The notes under the pieces were generated by a model. That model saw only the letters and a list, made by a program, of their open reading frames with translations, made no database searches and was not told the DNA's origin. A program made the position numbers and the translations under genes. This document shows positions 25,455 through 39,241 of a stretch of DNA of 64,000 bases, piece after piece (the first letter of the stretch is position 1; the number at the start of each line of letters is the position of its first letter). Source of the DNA: Felis catus (lineage: Eukaryota); NCBI RefSeq assembly GCF_018350175.1, contig NC_058369.1:23314001-23378000 (forward strand). The letters are read 5' to 3'.

Positions 25455-25690
25455 GGCCTCATTTACTGAATATTAAGTACAGGACGGGCATTATTCCAAG
25501 GAGTTTACATGTATTACCTTAATTAATCCCCATAACAACTCCACCAAGTTATTACTGTCATTATTTCCCTTTGACCATGAAGTCCTGCAAGTGGTGGCTG
25601 AGCATGTGAGTAACTTGTCCAAGTTCACCCACAGTAGTGAGTGGGGGACACGGAATGTGAACTGTTGTCTCTCAGATTCCAGATGGCAGA
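25455..25690 (-). mobile_element. MIR
   Basis: catttactgaatatt...taatccccataacaac...gtgagtaacttgtccaagttcac. Confidence 0.75.
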
Positions 25691-26135
25691 CCACGTTTAC
25701 CTAATCCCCACACGTCTTTTCCCCTAGTTGGAGCAGCCTGAAGTATTTCTTATGGAAATATTTGTTCACATTTATGCTTATTCTGCTCTAAGAGGTAGTA
25801 AAAGAAAGTTTCTCAAACTTAGAGTCCAATATATCAGGAGTTAGTTCTAGAAATAATAGGAAATTCTAGAATAACAAGGGGCTAGAGAACATGGGAGCCT
25901 TTTTCTCTTTTTCATGAAGGAAGTCTGAAAATACAAATTTGTTGTCATCACGGACCCATGACCATATCTTTTTTCTCTACCTTCCTCCATTGGCATTTAA
26001 ACTCAAGGTTACTTCATGGTCCAATACAGCTGCTTAGCTCCAGCCATCACATCTGCAATCTCTGCTGGCAGAAAGAGGATCCAGGGAGGTCCAAAAGGCC
26101 AAGTAAAATTTCTTGATTAAAATTTATTTTAATAA

Positions 26136-26338
26136 GGAGTGCCTGGGTGGCTCAGTCAGTTGTAACCAACTCTTGGTTTTGGCTCAGGTCATGACCTCAC
26201 AGTTTGTGAGTTTGAACCCCACATCAGCCTCTGTGCTGACAGTGCAGAGTCTGCTTAGGATCCTCTCTCTCTCCTTCTCTTTCTGTCCCTCCTGCTCCCT
26301 CTCTCTCCCTCAAAATAAATGAATAAACTTTAAGAAAA
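26136..26338 (+). mobile_element. CanSINE
   Basis: gtgcctgggtggctcagtc head, (CT)n, aaaataaatgaataaa tail. Confidence 0.92.
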
Positions 26339-26408
26339 ACTTACTTTAAGAAGTAAATCTTATTTATTAAAGTAAAATAAAGTTTATCTATTAAAGTATT
26401 TTATCCCA

Positions 26409-26623
26409 GGGGTACCTGGGTGGCTCTGTCGGTTCAGCATCCGACTTCGGCCGTGGTCATGATCTCACGGTCCGTGAGTTCGAGCTCCGTGTCGGGCTCT
26501 TTGCTGACAGCTCAGAGCCTGGAGCCCATTTCGGATTCTGTGTCTCCCTCTCTCTCTGCCCCTCTCCTGGTCACACTCTGTCTCTCTCAAAAATAAATAA
26601 ACATTTAAAAAGTTTCAAAAAAA
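26409..26623 (+). mobile_element. CanSINE
   Basis: full head and tail; TSD taaagtatttt(a/g)tccca on both sides. Confidence 0.95.
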
Positions 26624-28498
26624 TAAAGTATTTTGTCCCATGCAGTACTCCCACTCCACACAGCCTCACCTAGCTACAAAGGAACCTAGGAAATGTACAT
26701 AGCAAAAACTCGGGGTTCTGCTTGGCAAAACAGGAGAATGGACACTGGGAGACTCTAATAGTCTCTGCCACATCCAGCGTGCCTGGTTCCTTCAGCCCAC
26801 ATAACATCCTCTAAATACTGAATCTGGTTTCCGGTGATATCCACTTGGGAAATCTTCCCAAGATGAGGCTTTGTTTACAACTCCCCAGTTTCTCCCCACA
26901 CCTCACATGCCCAGTGCAGTCCTGAACACAAATGGTCGTAGCCACCAACTGATTCATCTGTCCATGATGCCTGACCCCAAGCGATACAAGCAGCAACACT
27001 CAATAACACCCGTGGGGTTTGACCAATGGCAATAATGGCACCAGGAACACCGACTCCCCGAGGTCCTGACATGCTGCATGCAGCACAGGAATTGTTGTGG
27101 TGCAGTGCTGTGAAATGTGGACGTGAATTCATGAACTTGGCAGAGGTCAAGGAAGCCCCCCCCAGCATCCAGGTTTCTTGCCGCAAATGGGTTTTGCTTC
27201 AACTCAGTCCCCAAGCAGAATTCAGCTGTTTCCTTCTATTTCTTAAACAAAGAGGCCAAAGAAATTTAATCTTTTCTATGTGGCATTCATCGAGATTCCG
27301 TTTTCCCCTTCAGTTGAGCTAATTCTCATGGAAGGAGCAGGTGAATGGACAAACCAGTTGCCAGTTATGTGCTCTTACCACCATGCCTACCCATTATCCT
27401 TTGCCTCAGGACCGAAGCGGTTCCTCCATTTAGTAGAGCTGTGATAACTTTGGAGCAGTGATTGCACCTTCTGAGCCTGTTCCCTCTCCTATAAAATGTA
27501 ACCATGCCCCTGACACAAGAGGTAATGCTTCCATGCTGCAGAAAGTAATTGACTATTTCTTATTGTTACTGCTTTTATTACCTAGGTGAGATGCTGGCAC
27601 GACCACTCTCTGAAACTTTGCTTCGTTTTATGTTATCAGCACCTGTTGATGAAAAGCCTTTGGTGCTGACAAATCGCCTGCTTAATCTATCGGATGAAGG
27701 AGGCTCGCTTCTCAGGGTTCTGCCCTGGACTCTGGTGGCCCCAGCGTCCTGTGGGCTGGGCTCCTGGCTGGTGTGGCCACATGGCGCTTATTCTCTGCTG
27801 ATGACGGGTGCTCATTAACTCGATGTGTCAGTGATTTCCAGCCAGGGGCTCAAAAGCGGTAGGGCCAGGGTCATGTAGGTTCCGCGCCTCTGCTGTGTTC
27901 CGTGTGCTGGGCTGACTTTGGGGAGCAGTGCAGTCTCTGTAGGAAGTTGCTGTGGGAAGACACGGCCACCAGCGTGAAAAGGAGGGGAGGGACAGCACGT
28001 TTTGAACCTTCTGTTAACACTCAGATCGACAGATTGAGCTTTCCACTCTCTCGGTTTTCTGAGATGTAAGAACGAGTAAGGCTTCCCGTGGCGACAGTGG
28101 CCTTGTTCCGTGCCCTGTGTCTCTGCTCCGTGCCCTGTCACTTGCAAGTTGGAAGCTGCCCGAGACCACCCTTTATGGTTCAACAAAGAATACGTATTTT
28201 TACATGTTGCCCTAGCGAGTCACTCTGCTTCTTACACTTTTAGATTCAAAATTGCGTAAATACAGTGAGCGTCTATGTCGAATGCCTCCCTGTCCTGTTT
28301 TTAGGGCTGTATTTGCAAACATTCAGCTGTTTCAGGATTGGTGTTTAGGCAGATAGTGTAGCCAGAGCTAATGCTATGAGCCATCACAGGTAAAGAACCC
28401 GGCCTCATGGGCACACAGTAGGTGTTTAATAAATGCTGGTCCCTACAGTTACTAACAAGTCTAAATTAACTGTGCTCATGCCTTTGAAATGGAAACTT

Positions 28499-28703
28499 TT
28501 TTTTTTTTTAACGTTTACTCACTTTTTGAGAGAGAGTGTAAGCAGGGCAGGGGCAGAGAGAGAGGGAGACACAGAATCCGAAGCAGGCTCCAGGCTCTGA
28601 GCTCTCAGCACAGAGCCCGGTGCAGGGCTTGAACCCATGAACGGTGAGATCATGACCTGAGCTGAAGTCGGACGCTTAACTGACTGAGCCACCTAGGCGC
28701 CCC
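28499..28703 (-). mobile_element. CanSINE
   Basis: TSD tgaaatggaaactt at 28485-28498 and 28704-28717. Confidence 0.96.
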
Positions 28704-30129
28704 TGAAATGGAAACTTCTAATTCTAAGAAGAAATATTTTTCTTGGTTGTGATCTTTGTCTCCTTGGAAAGGAGTAGAATCAGCAAAATAGCTTTCAACA
28801 AGTCCCCATGTCACGGGCCTGTCATCCACGGCCCTACAGTGCACAGGGGCACACAGGCTGTCTAGGTTTTCTTTGTATCAGTTTGAGTTTCTTCTTCAGA
28901 GACTGCTTCTGCCTTCCATCAGAGTCTCAGAGAGACCCGTCAGGGGCGCAGAGATGCTAATGATAAGCTCCCAGGGCAGCCTGCGTGGGGGTGTTGTGGG
29001 GACCAAAGCATGCCATCTGTAATAAGAAGAAACTGCGAGCGCAGCCCTGCAGCACGGTCTCGGCTGGGCACGATGCTCGGGGCTTATTTTAGAGCCGAAT
29101 GAAAGCAGGCAATTATCATGTTCTTTAGCTCTAATCAGCCAAACAGGATACAGGTAGCCACAAAATGGAGTTATTTAAAACCAACAAAATCACTTCAAAA
29201 AGGGTAATAATCTGGAAGTCTCTCTTTCTGCAACATCTAGTTAAAGCTGTCTAAGCGTGGAGAAGACAGGGAAGGCTTGTTTTGTAACCTCCTCGATGGC
29301 ACTCGGATCAGGAAAGCTTCCTTGTGAAATGAAAGGCAGGATCTCTGGCCTGGAGGCCGCCCCACGGCAATTGAGTTTGGCCTCACGAGTAAACCAGAGC
29401 CTTTGAAAATGATCCCAGGAGAATCCCGAGCTTCCAGTGAGGGTGGTTACCAAGGGGGCTCTCGCTAACGCAGCCAGCTGGTCTGTCCTGGCCCGATGAC
29501 CCCAGACAGCCCCTCAGCTCGACTTGAAAGTTGATTCTGGACTTTGGTCCTGAGACCTTATCTTGGGCAGCACTTTCTGTGACATTCCAGTGAGACTGGG
29601 AGAGGGCACCAGGCTGAATTCTAGTCACTGCTACCGAGCAGAAGGCAGAATGAAGGGGACTCAGCCTGACCCCCGTCTAATTCTGGCTCTGCCATTTGTT
29701 AGGTGTGTGAACTTGGGCACATAGGCTAGCAGAGGCTTGGTTTGGCCCTCTGTGAAATGGGGATGATTAGAATCTATCTGGTAGGAACGTGCTTCCAAGA
29801 GTACCTTGCTCATGGTTGCTAAGTAGAGTTCCGTAGACATCAGCTGTTGTTATGATGGTCCTCAGCTGTAAGGCCCACAGACAGAGGTTCCCACATCATC
29901 CCTCGATAACCCCAGTACGGCACCAGAAGGTGTCTTGTACTGCAGTATGAAGTGTGAGTTTTATGCTGCCTCGTGTGTGCCAATGAGCTAAGAAAATCCG
30001 GAGGCCTGCCCATCCTCTAACCCGCTGGGTAAAGCCTGAGTCAATTCCCATTGCTTTAAACACCACCCCCATTAATTAATCATGGCAATGAAAACCAGGC
30101 TAATAAATTATAACAGCAGCTGCAGCCCT

Positions 30130-30365
30130 GCCTTCTGTTGAATGCTTCTTCTGTACCAGACACTGGGCTGATCGCACTGTGTCTATCATCTCATTTAATT
30201 CCACAACCAACCCATAGGGTAGCCATTTTTCTCACCATTTTACAGATGAGACTGAGGCACCGAGAGAGCGAAACAAGATGAAACAACATTGTAATAAGTG
30301 ACCGAGTTAGGATTTGAACTCAGATGTTGACTTCAAAGCTGATGTTTTAACCATTATGCCACACT
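30130..30365 (-). mobile_element. MIR
   Basis: tctcatttaattccacaacc...ccattttacagatgagactgaggcac...ttaaccattatgc. Confidence 0.85.
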
Positions 30366-30417
30366 GCCAATCGCTTGAGCCCTTGGGAATAACGTAGCTT
30401 TAAGATCCCAAACTCCA

Positions 30418-30631
30418 GGGGCCCCTGGGTAGCTCAGTTGGTTAAGTGTCCAGCTTCAGCTCAGGACATGATCTCATGGTTCATGGGTTCAAGCCCCGCA
30501 TCAGGCTCTGTGCTGACAGCTTGGAGCCTGGAGCCTGCTTCAGATTCTGGGTCTCCCTCTCTGTCTGCGCCCACCCCGCTGACGCTCTTGTCTCTCTCTC
30601 AAAAATAAATAAACATTAAAAAAATTTTTTA
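30418..30631 (+). mobile_element. CanSINE
   Basis: TSD aag(a/g)tcccaaactcca; full head, (CT)n and A-tail. Confidence 0.96.
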
Positions 30632-32714
30632 AAGGTCCCAAACTCCAACAAAGAACAAAATAAGGCCTTTTGTCGTAAGGATCATAACAAATCTAGCATA
30701 CTACATAGTATATTTCAGTATATTTCCACATGTCTGATTATTTAAATCTCAGAACATCTTTGTGGTCATTTTGTAAGTGAGAAAATGAGACCTCAGAAGA
30801 AGGTTAGCATCTTGCTCAGATTACACCCTGGATAATGGCACCTGGAAACTAACCTTGCAAACCAAGGCCATGCTGTGTGTCTGTCTACAAGACTCCACAC
30901 ACAGGCACGTTCCACTCAACCCATGCTGCCTCTCATCATGCTCTGGCCCAAGTTCTAGCTGTAGAGACGGAGTTGAGTGGTATGAAAAGGATGAAGCCAA
31001 TGATAATTCTTGCCAAGTCCTAGAAAGCCCTTTCAGGGACACCTGCAGAAATCCTGCAGATGAGGTGTGGACTGTGGCATAGTGGGGCAGTCAGGGACTG
31101 AATGCAATCGTCCATTGTGGTCTGCAGGTGATTCTGTGGCTGGGGCAGCATCAGGGTTGTTTGGGGACTTCCCTGAGCCAGGTGCTTGGCTGGTTCTTGG
31201 GCTTCATTCCTGTCTCAATAAACACAGTTTTTTCTGGCATCTGCTGTAAGGAAAATAGCCAGAGGACAGTGAGCAAGACTGCAAGAAATGTTTTGATGAG
31301 GGAGAGGCTTTGGGGAGATTGCTGGGAGATTGTGTTGACCACTGGTGCCCTCTTGGACTCTGCTACCCAAGACACCTATGTGATGCTGGTCAGGAGCTGG
31401 TTTCCATATTGATTTGGTCGCACATGGCCGGTCTTCTACTTGGTGTCTGTAGATGGTTCTTTGTTAATCTGTCTGTGTGACGCTTCCAGCTTATTGCCTA
31501 GAGGAGGAAGCTTTTTCCTCTTAGTTTGAACTTGACCTCTTCTATCTAGTTGTGATGGCATCTCTTCAAGATTCGTGTAATCAGACAATCATTCATGCAT
31601 TCGCCCTTTTGAAAGTGAATGCCTTCTCCATGCTGGGTGCTGGGCTAGTGCCCTGCGCCAGCAACAGTCCTGCTGCATGAAACTTCTATTCTAGGGCCCG
31701 TCCCCAGCCTAGCATTAAGTACGCTCCATGGTTAGCATTGTATTATTCTAGAAAGGAATTCCTGCAGGGAGCATCCCTTGCAGCCATTTAGAAGTTCCTG
31801 TATTGCAGTGTTAACATGTCACCTGGCAGCTGTTATGTAATTCAGGCTGGACCTTAAGTGTCTCTTTTTTGGGATACCAGAGTAGTGGGAAGGGGAGCTG
31901 GTAGGAGGAGAGAAGGCATGTCGCCTGTGGGATAAGGTGTTTGCTCCATCTAGAACCTTTAACTTGCTACCAGAAAGTGCCATTCTCCTTTCTTTGTAAA
32001 GTTATTGATGAGGAATTAAAATGTCTGGAACAATTATAGAGTGAAATATCTTGGCAGTTGAGTTAAGGTCATAACTGGGAATGAGAGCTGTCCTTTCATC
32101 ACCAATTGAACAAAAAAAAATCCATTTTCTTGTTTCATAAATGGCACTGTTTCCAAAGCAAAAATACAGTCACTGGTATAGTGGTGGCAGTGGAGAGTGG
32201 TGGGGATTACAACCAAGGAGCGAACTAGTTTCCAACTAGCTGTCAAAGTGCTGTGCTCATCTTGGTCCAGGGATGTGTTCTAGTGCTTAAGAGAGACAGA
32301 GGATCCTGCCAATTCTGAACTCAAAGTGGTCCTTCCCAGCCTTCCTCAATCCTGGACACATGGCCCACGTGGGTTCCCTTCAGGGCCCAGAATCCAGTTC
32401 AGAACAGCATCGTCCCTCTGGAGTATCCTAGTCCAAGCAGATCAAGCTTGTTTAAACCAAAATGACTGTTTCATCTCATCCCTGTCTCCTCCCCTCAACC
32501 CCAGTACCTTTACTCCCTTCCTCTTCAAGTTCCAAGTGTGATGTGCCTGTGTCTCCAGTCCTAGACTTTGCATGTTCCTGATTTGTCATCTGTTTCAGGC
32601 CTGTATTTATTTGTGTTTGTCACTGCTGCACTTGATGGTGGTGTGGTGAGTTCACCGCGCTGGTTCACACACAGCTTCCCATTTAGTGACCCTCCTTTCT
32701 GTTCTCTCCTACAG

Positions 32715-32790
32715 AATTACCCTGTATGACTATCAAGCCATGTGCAGGGCCAACAAGGACAGCAGTGACAGTGCCAGTGGGCTACTGGAT
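32715..32790 (+). CDS. CACNA2D3: CACNA2D3 exon (76 nt), (R)ITLYDYQAMCRANKDSSDSASGLLD
   Basis: ctctcctacAG acceptor, GAT|GTAAGT donor; YDYQAMC alpha2delta motif; phase 2 to 0. Confidence 0.97.
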
Positions 32791-35421
32791 GTAAGTACAG
32801 TGTGGTCACCCACCAAACAGTGGCACGTTTGTATCTGTCTCTGTGTGCGAGCAGGTCTTTATCTTTGGGGTAATCAAGTTCATCTTTTTGCAAAACCATG
32901 AATGTTTTAAAGTGCTTCCTGATTTTACTGGTGAAGAAGAACCATTTCCATTCAAACCCAAACCCATTGATTATATGAATGACAAGCAGGTCTGAAGTCA
33001 CTGATGAATGAATGCAGCAACCCCCTTTTGATGGCTAGAAAAGTGGAGAAGATTTGCGGATTCTCTCCCATATGAAAGAGAATTTAGTTTGGTTTAGCAG
33101 AAATCTTCCCTTTGGTCTGGAAGAGACCTAGGAGGAGCCTGTGGATAAATTCACATTCCGATCATAGATCCTCTACCCTAATCAGGATGCTGGTGTGCTT
33201 CCTTGTCACTTTTGCTGGAGCTGGTTCCATCAGTGGTGTCACAGTTGAGAACCAATCAATATAGCTGTTGTATCACTAGAAGCAGGCTTTCACACTGCCA
33301 GAAATTAACCATTATAATTTGCTCCCAGTTAAAAAATATAATTTACGATGTACCAGCAATGTAAGCTTGGCCACCCATCACCTGAAAACACAGGGGAAAA
33401 AAAAAAACAGTTGCAGGATACTTCAATATAACCCAACCTATGTGTATAAATAGAAGCTTCACATGTTATCATTTTGTAAATTCCAAAAATTAACCTAAAA
33501 TCTGGTTTGAAACACAAAATTTATGAGCCATTTTGGTTTTTAGGATATAAACACACACCTTCTCATTTGCAGCTGTAAGATCTTGCAAGGGGATTATTTA
33601 AAAGCCCAGTATTTAACACAGTTCTCCTACACTGAGGGAGTAAGAAATGATTTGGAGCTGGAAAATTTCTGAGAGGCAACTAGGAACTGAAAGTTGAATG
33701 CTTTGAAAAAAATACCACTTTTTAGTGAGAATCAACATGTCTTTCCAAATCCAACTTCGCTCGCTTTAGCAGGACTATTTCTAGACCTAAAATGTTCCCA
33801 AGATATGTTTTCATCATTAGGCTTAAAAGCTCAATGGCTTTACCCTTCTGAATGATAATGTGCCATTTAAATTTTTAATCCTGTATTTACATAATCCCTT
33901 TGTGTGCCCATACATAGAGCCAGCGTCTGGCACAGAATGCTTGAGTGCTCTTCCCCCTGGCCCCTGGGGGAGCTGCCCCCCCCCCACCCCTCCCCACCTC
34001 CAGAGCCTCCCTAATCCCTCTATTCAGTCCCTCCTCCCAGGGACCCAAGGACTGCAGAATTGTCACTACCCATCCCAGCAGGTACAAAGGCACGGAACTA
34101 TCCCAGGGCCTGACCACCAGGGTCTTTTTGAAAAAAGATGGTTGTTTTTCAAGCAGTAAGAAATATAACAAAGCCATAGGACAGCAAGTTGCATTTAGTT
34201 TTAGGAAATAGTTAATAGTTTACATCCTTATCTGACCCTAATCCTGAGAGCCCTGTGATTCACCGAATGATGTTGACATGCTCAATTAAATCAGAGCAAG
34301 AGATCCAGTCTGAAATCCCTGTGGGCTGAGAATAACCCAGTAGACTGTCATTACTGTTGTTTTGTTCATTTACTTACTGGCTTGAAATAGGGAAGTTTCA
34401 AAAAAATGGTTAGAGGTATGCAAGTCGGTTTTTGTTTCACTTAAAGCTGGATAATTCCCCCATTCCTAGTTGTAGTCTTTACCGTCCAAATGCTCAGAGG
34501 GTAGGATTAAACAGCCATAACTTCAGAAAGCAGGATTTGTCATTTCAATTCTCTGACACCTGAACGCAACCACGAAAGGTTCCGAGATTTCTCTGGACCT
34601 GCCCTCTGGGGCAAGGGCTTTGCCAGTGTCATTGCCTCTCAAAGTGCACCCACTAATCAAATATCTGGCACATGCAGATTCAGAGAACCAACTGAGACGG
34701 GGGCCTGGTATTTTCCGGAATTCAGGAAATTGAATTGTCCTCATAGAAAATATCACAGAGTAAACAATACAACTGCTTGTTTAAATTAAAATATTCTCAA
34801 ATAAAGATTGGGCTGTCGTTGCTGTCCTTTAGAGAGTTGCAGGGGATTTTCGGCAAGGATAAAATCACGTGTTTATGTGGTTGTCATTTTTTTTCCAGTC
34901 CAAATATGTATGTGTGAGAAAAGGCAGCTTAAACCCTACATAACTCATGGGCAACATGAAAATGAAGTATATGCAACTTTTGCTGGTTTCAGTGAATGGC
35001 ATCCAGTGATGGAGAACAGGGAATCACCTTTCTGAGAAGCAGACCTGTGAATTACCATTTGAAATTAGTTATATGACTTGAGCCCCTCAGCATCAGGCTG
35101 CAAAATATTAGCCCCTGGAGGGTAAAGGTTTAAACATCATTTGCTGAACTTCCTTTTTCCTCCCAGAGATAACCCCTATATTAGATCATGTTTATTTTAC
35201 TTGTAAATCACATCTCACTACAGGGGAGTTCAAAGTTTTAAAATGTTAGTTTTAGGATACAGTATCCAACCATTTTCTTCTTTTAGCTAGAGCTTCACTG
35301 TTTTTTAACATGATATCAATCTCTCTAGAAGAATAACATTGTCTTTATGTAAAGCCTTAAGTTAAACTACACATTTCATATGTGATGCATTGTTTTCAAT
35401 GTACTGAATTCTTCTCTTCAG

Positions 35422-35474
35422 CCTTATCATGCCTTCCTTGCTGCAGTAAAATGGATAATGACAGAACTTGTCTT
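35422..35474 (+). CDS. CACNA2D3: CACNA2D3 exon (53 nt), PYHAFLAAVKWIMTELV(L)
   Basis: ttcttctcttcAG acceptor, CTT|GTAAGT donor; phase 0 to 2. Confidence 0.95.
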
Positions 35475-36542
35475 GTAAGTATAATTTGCTGCATTTTTAA
35501 AAGTAATATTGCTTGTCTTTTGTATTATAAAGCGAAGTGGAAGGCTGTTCCGTGTTTTCAACTAGCATTGGATTCAGAATACTCTGAGATAACCTCATTG
35601 AATATCTCCAAGTATTGAAAGCTGAGACCAAAAAATTATCTTTAAGTTATTCATGGTCACTGCTTATGCCCTTATGTCATTGTTTAGCAGACTAACAGCT
35701 TGTAATATACAAACCAAATTTATTTATTGTGGTTAGTGTTAAATTTAACATAGATGTCTGGCTGTTTTTAATGCAGCCTGGGTGGGCTGTGGTCAGAAGA
35801 ACAAATTGCTGGGGCTGTCCACTGTGCTCCTTTGGATGTCCTGGCATGTGCAGAAGAGGGGGGGGGCTTGTCCCGGACAGGGGTTTTGTGCAGTCATGAT
35901 CCAGGGGGTGGGGCTTTGCTCAGGTGTGAATTAATTGTTTACCCTGCCAAACTGTGTTCCTGTTTGGAGGATGCTGGATGCATCTGTGACTTACTTAGGT
36001 CAGATTGAAATGGCTCAAAGATGAAAGCCTTGACTCCCAGAAGAGGTATTGGACACATGACAGAAGTACTGTGTTCCAGAAAAGGGAAGAATTCCATGGA
36101 TGAGCATGGAAACCAGATTGTTCAAGCTGTATCCGACCCTCAGATTCTTATTTTCCCCATTAAGGCTCCACTTTCTGAGGATTGGAGGCAGATTTCTTAC
36201 CATTTGATGAACAGCCATTGTCTTTATCGCTTTATTGTAGCCCATATTAATTTAACAACATTACAAATTCAAATTCACTTCTGTTATGTATCTAAGAGGC
36301 AGAGAACAACAGTAACAGAGAATAGTAAGATTTTGATGGAGTGTGAGTTGCTGTAGGTAGTAGCCATGAGCCTGAAAAAGAAATGATGGAATTTTGATCT
36401 ATCTCTATTCACTTGGAGGATGGTTTATATTACTTTTGCATTTCCTTGTACTAGCAGTTGAGAGATTTTGATTTTTTTCTGAAGTTGTATTGTGGTGTAA
36501 TTTCATAAAGAGAAGTTTGTTCCATTTATGCCTACACACACT

Positions 36543-36545
<3 letters not shown>

Positions 36546-36594
<49 letters not shown>
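36546..36594. repeat. (CA)n microsatellite
   Basis: seen directly. Confidence 0.97.
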
Positions 36595-36596
<2 letters not shown>

Positions 36597-37013
36597 GCTG
36601 AACAAGTTTGCATTGCAGTATAAATTTGAAAGCTTCCTTTATTATAGCAGATCATAGTATCGGTAGAGAATATGCTATTTGTATTTCTGCACCAAGTCAG
36701 AGGAAGCCCTTCGGAGTTGATTTTTTACTATAGACTCACACTATAACTGGAAAACTGTTTCTGCCTACAAGCGGGATATTTCTCAACGAGTTATCAAGTC
36801 TAGGTAAACCCGCTTTCAGTGTTGGGCCGGCATTGGTGATAAAATGGCCTTTCCCAGGGAAGAGAAAGCCCAGTGAAAACTCGGTAGTAACAGAACCAAC
36901 CATACTGATAGCTTCGGGTAATGACGTTCCTCTTTCAAATGAGGGGAGCAATGCCACCGTTCTGTCTGGGGCAGATGACCGAGTAACACTGGGTTTTTGC
37001 ATTACCTGTTCAG

Positions 37014-37069
37014 GTTTCTGGTGGAATTTAACCTCTGCAGCTGGTGGCACTCAGATATGGCAGCCACAG
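37014..37069 (+). CDS. CACNA2D3: CACNA2D3 exon (56 nt), (L)FLVEFNLCSWWHSDMAAT(A)
   Basis: acctgttcAG acceptor, CAG|GTAAGT donor; phase 2 to 1. Confidence 0.95.
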
Positions 37070-39027
37070 GTAAGTAGCAGCCCGTTCTTGTTTCACAGCT
37101 CAACGTGATAAGCCTTGGGGTCACTGGCCACTTGTCATCAAGGATGTGCTCACATAAACCACCCGGGACCCAGTGATGATTTTTTCAGCTCAGTCAGCGA
37201 GAGGCACCCTTTGTGCTGACCGCAGCACCATCTAGTCTGACAGAAATGCCACGGGTTTCATTCCTCCCGTGTTGAATGTGCTCTCTGACCTGTTTCCTTC
37301 ACTAAGACTTTGCAGTCAAACGCTGCACGTGTGAATTCTTCAAAAAGCTTGCGAGCAGTGCTCAGAATCTAAGGGAGACACATTGCCTTTTTCAGTCTCA
37401 GCGAATGGATAACCGCTCTAGTTTTTTTATTTGTTGGTTTGCTACAATTCGCCTCGTAAAATACAAATCTAGTCATAGTCTCCCCACTCAAAAGCCTTCA
37501 GCGATTTGATAATTCATGGAAACTCTTGTAGAGGTGTGAGTTGTGGAATTAGAGCAAGGTGGATTTGAGTCGTGGTTCTGAGGTTAGCCTTTGTGGCAAG
37601 TAAGCTGATGTCTTCAAGACTCAGTTTCCCTACATTAAGCAAAATGGGAGACATAATAAATAACGTTTATCTCCTATCACGTGTGTGTGTATGTGTGTGT
37701 GCTCAATGATAAATCATGCTATCTGCTGAGCGTGGTGACTCAAAACAGGTAGCTGTAATTAACTATGAAGACAGTGCAGACAGTGTTGACCACAGGGATA
37801 AACAGTCAAGTCCCCGGGCCCTACAAAACCCGTGCTCTTTAATGAGGGCCGTCTCACAGCCACCCGCCCCACCTGCTCAGGCACTTGCTGTTTCCCAGAT
37901 ATGCTCTGCTCTTCCTTACCTGTGTGCGTGCATTCATGTCTGTTTTCCTCCCTGGGATGCAAGGAACCAGAATTAGGCTAGACTACTGCCATTATTATCA
38001 CTATCATTATTATTATTTTAATGATCCGTCTTTTTCACAGAGGTAGATTAGTAATGCAGCAGCCTTCCCCAGGTGCTGACATCTCCTCCCCCATCCCCTG
38101 AGACGTCAGTCGGTGAGGATTCCCTCAGTTCTTCCAGGAAGAGTTAGTAGCATTTCCTTCGTGTTTTCGTCCCGGTCAGCTCACACACTTCCCCAGCGTT
38201 TCTGCACCATTCTTGTCCCAGTTTGTTTCACACTAAACCAGAGTTTCTGGATGGCATCGGTATCCCTTAGCACCTAACTGGTGCTCAGTACATAGTAGGT
38301 GCTCAATGCCACGGGTTACTTACTGAATACCCTGGCAAATCTTTCCTTTGCCGGGTATGACCGGTCTAGCCACTGTCATCGTAGCTTTGTGACTTACAAA
38401 TAGGACCATGTGTCCTAAATCCAGGACCTCCCTAGTTTCTTGTTAGAGGATGACATGGGGCAACCTCTGCAGAGAGGTGCATGCGTCCAGCTGCACTCGA
38501 TGGGCTCTGATTACAGTGCACCTGACCCAAACGTGTTTGGGGTTGACCCTGTTCTCAGAAGCTGACAGCCCAGTGGAACAACACCTTTGTGCCCTTTTTT
38601 CTCACACACACATGCACATGCTGTCCTGGTGACCCTCAGTGTGTGGGCTCCATACTTGCCCCTTCTTGTTGGGTTGGTACCTGCTTTGCATGTCCATAAC
38701 CTCGCCTCTAGAGATCTAGCCTGAGGAAATAAACTGGGGTGGGAACAAAGGATGGTATGACAGGATGGGCATCACTAAGAAAGTGATGGTTGCAAATACA
38801 GGTAACTCTTTAAAGGTGAACAATAAGGACGTTTCAAAATAAATGACAGCCCATCCACAGAGAGGCAGAGAGAACCTTTACCAAGATTCCGCTTCTGAAA
38901 ACTTTTTAAGAAGATCGAGACTGCTCATGAAATTAAGTAGCATACCAAGATAAACAATATGCTAAACAGTGTGTACCCCAGACAAGCATCCAATGATGGG
39001 GGGAACGGGGGCATAGGGAGTTAAATA

Positions 39028-39241
39028 TTATTTTGTTTCAACGTTTATTTATTTTTGGGACAGAGAGAGACAGAGCATGAATGGGGGAGGGGCAGAGAGA
39101 GAGGGAGACACAGAATCGGAAACAGGCTCCAGGCTCTGAGCCATCAGCCCAGAGCCTGACGCGGGGCTCGAACTCCCGGACCGCGAGATCGTGACCTGGC
39201 TGAAGTCGGACGCTTAACCGACTGCGCCACCCAGGCGCCCC
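39028..39241 (-). mobile_element. young CanSINE (SINEC_Fc), CpG-rich
   Basis: intact CpGs (cgcttaaccgactgcgccacccaggcgcccc); perfect TSD atagggagttaaata at 39013-39027 and 39243-39257. Confidence 0.97.

Larger units (their letters stand above)
25790..26772. mobile_element. MLT1 (MaLR, MLT1J-like) LTR remnant interrupted by two CanSINEs
   Basis: agctccagccatcacatctgca and cacctagctacaaagg...agtctctgccaca terminus resemble MLT1J. Confidence 0.65.

Noticed and set aside
37038..37052. CTCF-like motif gcagctggtggcac
   Set aside because: Two core mismatches and fully explained by the CSWWH codons
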